A program made the translations under genes and the position numbers. From assembly GCF_000143415.4 (NCBI RefSeq), contig NW_003314264.1, positions 2,675,710 through 2,739,709 of the forward strand: a DNA stretch of 64,000 nt, read 5' to 3'. The notes below the pieces were generated by a model. The model was not told the origin of the DNA. It searched no databases and saw nothing but the letters and a program-made list of their open reading frames with translations. Shown in pieces: positions 56,695 to 64,000 of the stretch (the stretch's first letter is position 1; every line of letters starts with the position of its first letter). The DNA comes from Selaginella moellendorffii (taxonomy: Eukaryota > Plantae > Lycopodiophyta).

Positions 56695-58070
56695 ATGGCT
56701 GCCCCAGTCCCCGGCCTCGAGCAAATCCTAGAAGAACCACAGACTTACGACCACGTCCGCCACAAGATCCATGGCCTTCGACTCTCCAACGCTCGCGCAA
56801 TCACCAGCTCCTCCAGATCCAGCGCCACCGAGGACGTGGGAACCCTAATCCCCAAGCTCCCCGACTCGGTAGCGCTCCACTGCCTGGCTAGGGTTCCTCG
56901 ATCCGCGCTGCCGCTGCTGCGCTGCGTGTGCCGGAGCTGGAATCGCGCGCTGTCCACCAACACCCGCGACATCGCGAGCGTGCGCCGCGAGATCGGCACC
57001 GCGGAGCCCTGGATATACTTCTCCTTCTCCCCGCGCGGCGATTGCATCCAGAGCCAGCGATCCAGCAACTACTTCACCGCCTTCGATCCGGGCAGCAACC
57101 AGTGGCACAGCGTGGGATGGCTGCCCGGCCTGGAGCGATTGGAGGTGCTCAAGGGCTATGGCTGCGTGGGACTGGGGGGGAAGCTCTACGTTCTTGGAGG
57201 AACGCTGTGCATCAAGGAGAGGGATTTTGGCGGCGGCTGCCAGAGGGATCTCCGCGTGAGGAGCGAGGTGCTGGCCTACGATTGCATCGGCGGGCGGTGG
57301 AAGCAGTGCGCGAGCATGCGCAAGGCGCGAGTGGATTTCGCGTGTAGCGTCTCCGGCGGGCGGGTTTTCGTGGCGGGCGGGCGCGGGCGGCTGGATCACG
57401 AGAACGCGGCGGCGATGGCGAGCGCGGAGGTGTACATCCCGGAGCTAGATCGATGGGAGGAGCTCCCAGACATGAGCATCACCAGGTAAAGCTTGAGGAT
57501 TTTAGGTGGGAAAGTTTCTTCGAATTTTAGGGTTCTTACCTTTCCTCCAGGTACAAATGCGTTGGCGTGACGCTCAAGGGGAAATTCTTCGTCATCGGCG
57601 GCTACACGATCGAGACGCTCCATCGCAGCTCGGTGGAGATCTACGACCCCAGCGAGCGGCGGTGGGAGCGGCGGCCAGGGATGTGGGCGCTCGACATCCC
57701 GCCCTACGAGGTCGTGGAGCTCCAGGGCAAGCTCTACCGATCCGGCGACCAGCTCAATCACTGGCGAGGCTCGATCGATGTGTACGACGAGCGGCTCAAG
57801 ATGTGGAAAACGATCCGGGGCTCCAACCGGCGGATCGGGGAGGATCTCCAGTGCACGGTGCGGCGCTATGTGACCATGGCGGGGATTGATAGCTATCTCC
57901 TCTTCTTTGGTGGGCATTGCCGGGTTGGGGATCGCAGCGGAGATCACAGGCCCTTTTGCCTCGAGACAGTGGATGCATTCCAGGCGCCGATTGGGCGGTG
58001 GTGTGGTCTCGATCCATTCCGGAGTAGCTGCCGGGAGCTCTGTAGCTCCTGCTGCGTCGTCACCGCTTGA
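56695..58070 (+). CDS. F-box/kelch-repeat protein (2 exons)
   Basis: LIPKLPDSVALHCLARVP F-box; kelch repeats LYVLGG, VFVAGG, FFVIGG. Confidence 0.92.
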
Positions 58071-58247
58071 GAAAGAGCTAGATCTTCTCTCCTGATCTGG
58101 TATGTTGAGATTATTTTTTTCTCCCTTTCTTTCTTTGTTGTAGTGTACAGTATTCCTTTTCTAGTTCTTTGTTGTATATATAGCTGTTTTGCTTCCTTTT
58201 ATTGTTAAGACATTTATTTGCTTAACTGTTTAAAACAGAGTTTTCAT

Positions 58248-59429
58248 CTATTTGAGTTTGCAGTGCTTGGGAACTCTCCACTCAACCTTCTCGCTCGCGA
58301 GCTTGTACCTTTTCCAATCTTCGCGTAGCAACGTCAGGTCCTGAAGCTTCTTCTGGAGGCCTACACAGCAATTGGCATGCACGGTGCTCACCTTGTCAAA
58401 GTTCTTCACAGGAGCGCAGAAGCCTTCGAAGTATTGAGTTGGAAGGAATCGGACTTTGAGGCCCAGATCTTGGAAGGTTTTCGTGCCTTTGATCGCCTTG
58501 AACACGTCCTGATCGTGCCTTCCAGGGAATGTCTCGTGCGAGTCGTACCAGAATTTGTACAGCCGGATGGTCCGCTGGTTGGAGCGAGCGTGGAAGAAGC
58601 CTGTGTTGGGGGCATTGTTCATGTCACTCGCATTCCCGAAGAAGTAGTCGCAGGATAGCTCCAGATCTGCATCAGGCGTGAAATGCTGGAACGGATCTCG
58701 GAACCACATCACGTCTCCATCCTGAATGTAATGGATCAACTTAGAGTCGGCGGTTTGAATTCGAATGACCCACCGTGAAGATGAAGCTGAACCCCATCCG
58801 CAAGACGATTCCCATGAGCATGATCTTCTCCCTGGTCATCTTGAGGTAGTCTTTGCTCATGAACTGCTTCTCCTGCGCTGAGAAATCGACACCTTTGCTC
58901 GTCATCTGGAAGCAGTGGCCGTGGATCGCCAGGCAGCGCTTGTGCGAAGGCTCATCCATGGCGATTATTACTACGTGCTGCAAGAGCCAGCTGATCCCGT
59001 TTCCGTCGCGGAAACTCTCCAGGAAATGATCCAGCATGCTCCCACTGGAGGCCCAAGCCTGATTCAGCGTGGTGAGAATGATCCTCTTCTCGTTGGACAA
59101 GCTTGCAGCCTTCAGGATCTTGTCAAACGCTTCAAGCTCCTCGACAGTCTGAACGAAACGATGTCCAAGTCAGTTCAGATAAAATTCGATATAACAGCTG
59201 AACTTACAAACGAAGTGGTCGCTGCAATTGCTGCCAAGGAGCCACGATCAACAGCAAGATCGATGTCAAGATCAAGATGGCTAGAACAATGCATTTGCTG
59301 CAATGAACTCCACAAGAAGACGAATGCAACTAAGAGACCAACCAAGCATACAATTGAAATCGGATACTTTGCTAAGGCGCCCATAGCTAAAGCGTTCAGT
59401 TTCATTTCTGTACTTGCTGCCATGATCAT
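58248..59429 (-). CDS. Nucleotide-diphospho-sugar transferase (GT77-like), 3 exons
   Basis: Type-II TM anchor, IILTTLNQAWA, FT|DGDVMWFRDPF, NTGFF, HDQDVF, HANCCVG. Confidence 0.9.
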
Positions 59430-59532
59430 GCTCTCAGCGTCAAACGTGAACCTTCAACCTTACTCGATCGAGCAAAGTCAAACCATCTCACCAGATTATT
59501 GCAAGTTATTCGTAGTTCTGCGGACACATGAC

Positions 59533-59900
59533 TTATCCAGAATATATGACGAGTTCAAACTTGCTAATCAGATCCGATTCATCAGTTGGTGAGCCGCTGA
59601 AGAGCGATGTCCGAGCTTCGCCTGAGGCAGCGAGGAAATCTCCAGCACCTCCGACAATAGGAATTCTGCCGGTGGATGTCTGTCCGAGAAGGCTGATCGA
59701 CCCGTCAATCCTTGAAGCGGTTGTGCCATTGAACAACAAACTGGAGATAAGCAACGGCGCCACTCCTGGAACGCAGCTTGCTATTTTATTGCCACGGTGT
59801 TGTGGCCAACACAACTGGAAGGCCAATCACTGCTGTGCTTTACTTGGCAGTCCAGTTCCTCTGGTTCTGCAATAGTCATCGACAACATGTGCACCACCAA
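59533..59900 (-). pseudogene. Dirigent-protein relic
   Basis: FGGAHVVDD and PIVGGAGDFLAASGEA motifs; in-frame stops upstream; no start codon or signal peptide seen. Confidence 0.6.
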
Positions 59901-60404
59901 ACTATGACGATCCCAGTTCGGCAGAAATCGCGGGACTCTCATCACAGTTGGCTACATTAGCATAAGAAAGAAAAAGAGAGATTAACCATTAGTATCCAAC
60001 CATATCCTAAATATACAAGTTTGCTTAAGTAATGACCTTTTCTTTTTGCAAAATTCACATTATCAATTGTCTATCGTCGGTATTGGACCCTCGAAGGATA
60101 CAGTATTGCCTCCACGTTATTTGATGAATACGCTCGCTTTTTATTTTCAAAGTTCATCCTTAGTTTCTAAAGTCATGAGGGCAATTCGAATACTGATCAA
60201 GAGTGTTAAAGGATGGACTCTTTACTGACTTCCAGGGAGCTTGGACAGGCATCAGGAGAGGAGCTCCTTAGAGTAGCCAAACGGTCTCAGTAACATAACG
60301 TTTCAATACTCGCATTTAACTTTTGAAAACACTTGGATCCACACGCTTGTGGATGTGAAGATACAGAAGATCAAACTAAAGATCAGACAAAGCTTTAAAA
60401 CTTC

Positions 60405-61274
60405 TCAGTACATGGCATTGGGTGCCTTGAAACTCATGCTCCCAGGGAGAGAATCTGTGCCCATATTGCGCTTGGATCCAACACTTGCATGAACAATTCC
60501 TCCATTTTCTTCTATTTTCTTATAGACGTCAGAGTTTCCTGGGTTTCGTATGTCTTCAACAGCGGTTACGAAACTCCGAGAAGATCTACGTGCAACACAA
60601 AAGTTAATCAGTCAAGCATGAAATTCTAACCTTATATTACCTTTGAAGAAACAGTTTTTTCCATCCTTTGTAACCCGCGTCTCGCAAGTTCTTCTCCGTG
60701 ACTGCGCGCTGCGACTCGGTTCGCCGCTGGGACATCAAATACACTGTCCAGTGCGCGTCGATGAGCTTCCAGTAGAGTGTTCTCATTGACACGATCGCTG
60801 TGGCCTTGCCTTGGGCGACCCAGATGTTAAAGTCTGTTTGATTGAACAAGGAAGCTCTACAAACGCGAAACGACAAGCTTGTGAAGAAGACTAGCTTAAA
60901 GCGTACCCATAGTTGTGCTTGGCGAAGTAAGCAGCGTTGGAGAGCAAAGTCTCGTCCACCTCGAAAACCCAGCTATCGCGGCCATGCCCTCGAACACTTA
61001 TGCTTTGGGAGAATCTGGTGGCCTGGTAAGCCACAAAACTCATGTCCTCGAAGTATCGAGGACCAGTTGTATAGCGACGAACATAGGCCACGCATTCGAC
61101 TGGAAGAGTCCAGTCTAGGATGTTTCCAGCCTCGGCATTGAGATGGAAACTTTGGCAGTAGTCATGGACACTCTCGCCCGGGAGTCTGGGAGGGAGATCA
61201 AAGCAGTGGGAGAAGGTCGATGCTAGTATCATAAACAAGGACGAGAAGCACAATGGATTCTTCGACTTGATCAT
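60405..61274 (-). CDS. HAD-IIIB acid phosphatase/VSP-like paralogue 1 (3 exons)
   Basis: YCQSFHLNAEAGNI, WVFEVDETLLSN, TEKNLRDAGY, FKAPNAMY. Confidence 0.88.
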
Positions 61275-61759
61275 CTTGCAATCAGCAGGAAGAACAGGAG
61301 GATGGAATGCAGCAAGATGATGGACAGACGTGTTGCATATATTTATATGTCTTCAAGCTTTTGTCTCATCATTTCAAGTCTCAAAGCTGCAATTCGTTGT
61401 GTTGCCAGCTCTGTATATTTGGACTGTAAACAGGAGAGGCGTGCTTGCTACGTAAAGTAAAAGAGGAATGAATTTTTGTCTTTGCAGAGAAATTTTCCAG
61501 GTGTTTTGCCAGAAAATATTTTAGAGAATATATACTCAGGAAAACATACGGGTCGCTATATCTTTGCGTAGACAATACGCCCACCGTGTATATGCAGCCT
61601 TGTAGTGGTTTCCAAACAACTTTGCCAGCTTACTATTGCGCACTTGCGAAAATGACCCAAGAAGTGTCATAACATTATATAAGTGTGTGTGTAGCCACTG
61701 AAAATTATCCAAACTTTTGCCTTGAATTCTGTGTGCTTGCATACTAACTTCTTTGCAAC

Positions 61760-62630
61760 ATGGTTGTTTCGATTATCTTGTGTTCTTTGCTATTTTCTGC
61801 AGTGAGCTCTTTGAATTCCCAGTGCTTTGAGCCTCCTCCCAGGCTCCCGGGCCAGAAGGTCGAGGAATACTGCGAGAGTTTTCAGATCAATGCCGAGGCT
61901 GGGAACATCCGGGAGTGGACGCTTCCCATTGAATGCGTGGGTTTCGTTCGTCGTTACACAACTGGTCCTCGATACTTGCAGGACTTGAGTTTCATGGCGG
62001 ATCAAGCTACGAAGCATGCCCAAAGCATCAAAGTTCGTGACGATGGCCGGGACAGCTGGGTGTTTGATGTGGACGAGACTTTGCTATCCAATGTTGCTTA
62101 CTTTGCCAAACACAACTACGGGTACGTGTATTCATTTATAGAGATTATAGCTTTTTGATTGGATCTATTCGACTAGAGCTTCCAAGTTCAACCAGACCGA
62201 CTTTAGCATCTGGATAGAAAAAGGCAAGGCCACAGCGATCGTGCCAATGAGAACACTCTATCATAAGCTCATCAAAGCAAAGTGGACTGTTTACTTGATG
62301 TCTCAGCAGCGAAATGAGTCGCAGCGTGCAATCACCGAGAAGAACTTGCGAGATGTGGGCTACAGCAGATGGAAGAAACTATTTCTAAGGTGAGGTTTAT
62401 ACAACTTTGCACCTGCCTTACAAAAATCATTAATCAGTGCACCTCGGAGGCTAAACGTGGTTGAAGACATAAACACAGCAGGAAACACTAAATGGTATGG
62501 AGAAATTAAATCTTCTGGTGGACGGATTCAAGCTACAGTTGGAGACAACTGGGATACGGACTTTGATCCAAATCCTTTCCCTGGAAGCATGGCGTTTAAA
62601 TCACCCAATGCCATGTACAACATGGCCTAG
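61760..62630 (+). CDS. HAD-IIIB acid phosphatase/VSP-like paralogue 2 (3 exons)
   Basis: YCESFQINAEAGNI, WVFDVDETLLSN, VGDNWDTD, FKSPNAMY. Confidence 0.9.
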
Positions 62631-62888
62631 ATCATGTTAAACGAGAAATATTTACTGTTACTTGCAAGTGTCAATGGGCACTGAATTTCAAAAGCTTGAA
62701 ACTGAAGAAGAATGTGAAAGTCGAGTATTGCAGTGCACAATCCGGCCTCTTATACCATTGTTGAAGAAATGGAGATGGGTAGCTTTGGTGACAACAAGGA
62801 ATTGTTTCTTAGTCATGCCAAAGCAGCTCCTGGGTGATAAATGCGCTGATTAACGAAGAATGATGACAAAGAAATTTTGAAAATTTCC

Positions 62889-64000
62889 ATGGGTTCATGG
62901 CATTAAATCGTGGCCACGGGATTCAGGGTAACGAAGAACTTGCTGCTAGTCTGGAAAGTGCCGCCAGAGTTCCCAGGTAGGGCGAGCATGTTCCCGCCCA
63001 GAACGGGCCCGCGAACAGCCACATTCTCGCAGAGGACCTGCTCATCTGACGGCTCCCAACCGCCAGATCGAGTTAACAGGCGAGCACAGCCCGTTAAGGT
63101 CAAAGTATCGTGGTTTCCAAGACAAGCTAAAGTTCTAAACCGTGGCACACTTGAGGATCTCGTCGCGTCGTCAATTTCAACCAGCTGAAACTGGGGAAAC
63201 TCGTCAAGAAGGGAGCTATGTATGGACGTGTGTACTCGGCTAAGTGGCTTGGATGTAAGTTTGCAGTGAAGATCTTTAAGCAGTTTGATCCAAGCTTTCA
63301 CAGGGATGAAAGCAGATGAAAGGACTGGCAACTATCAAGCATCCCAACATAAATCGAATGGTAGGATTCAGCGAGACTCCGAAGTGCACACATCGTGATG
63401 GAATGCACATGAACTTCGAAACTTTCATGCACCAGCACGGGCAGAGCTTGACTCCAAAGGATCAGATCTACTCCATGCTACAGATGGAATGAAATTCTTG
63501 CACGCTAAAGAAGTGTTTCATCGGGATCTCAAGCCCAAGAACATTCAGGTAGAGCTGCATCATGATCGTCGACATGGAGATCTAGATGGCTCGCGAGCGA
63601 TCGTCAAAATATCTGGTGAGAACAGATTTTGCGACGGGAAGAAAAAATCTGACGGCTCGAGCTGGAACTCTCGGCTACATGGCTCGAGAAGTTAATGACA
63701 CCGGCTCCACAGGCTACTCGAGAAAAGCCGACGTTTACTGCTTTGGCATGGTTTGCTACCGTGTTTTTACAGGAAGCGCTGGTTATGATGCAAATCTCAC
63801 ATACATGCTGCACAAGCGACCTGAGTTCCCTCTAGAGTGCTCAATCTCGCTGAGAAATCTCATACAGAAGTGCTGGAGTCAACGGCCGGCCTTGCGTTCA
63901 TCGTTTGATGACATTTGCAGTACCCTCGTTGACTTGATGATTCAAGTTTCAGGAGTGCAGCAGCTCGGATCAATCACAGCGTTTACAGCACGCCTGTCTC
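62889..64000 (+). pseudogene. Protein-kinase (TKL/Raf-like) pseudogene
   Basis: VYSAKWLGCKFAVKIF, HRDLKPKNI, GTLGYMA, LIQKCWSQRP motifs lie in different frames with stops. Confidence 0.75.

Overview
Eukaryotic land-plant nuclear DNA. The 46-60 nt introns, very tight gene packing and PLS-type PPR suggest a lycophyte such as Selaginella (inference). The left part (793-24719) is a nest of LTR retrotransposons, each with an intact 5-bp TSD. An old minus-strand element A hosts a decayed Ty3/gypsy chromovirus B (2257-9366), a young non-coding element C (12099-19765) and an inverted solo LTR D (20250-22164). The right part (26.7-64 kb) is gene-dense: AAA-ATPase, PAA2/HMA8 Cu-ATPase, chlorophyllase, RLCK-VII kinase, UGT, NAPRT, GDSL lipase, PPR, tRNA-Ala and tRNA-Gln plus tRNA-Ala relics, C2H2 protein, TOM2A/tetraspanin-like protein, plastid RPL5, alpha/beta-hydrolase, SCL splicing factor, phytocyanin, F-box/kelch, GT77, a dirigent relic, two head-to-head acid-phosphatase paralogues and a kinase pseudogene. 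The main finding is that the integrase of chromovirus B is interrupted by two host-sized GT-AG introns (47 and 49 nt). Removing them precisely restores the HPQTD-QTE catalytic motif and the GPY/F motif, and a third candidate intron sits at the gag-protease junction. B and non-autonomous C also share a covarying multi-hairpin RNA element with twin tRNA T-loops in their 3' internal region. Together these suggest a splicing-dependent, intron-retaining LTR retrotransposon family with a dedicated RNA cis-element.
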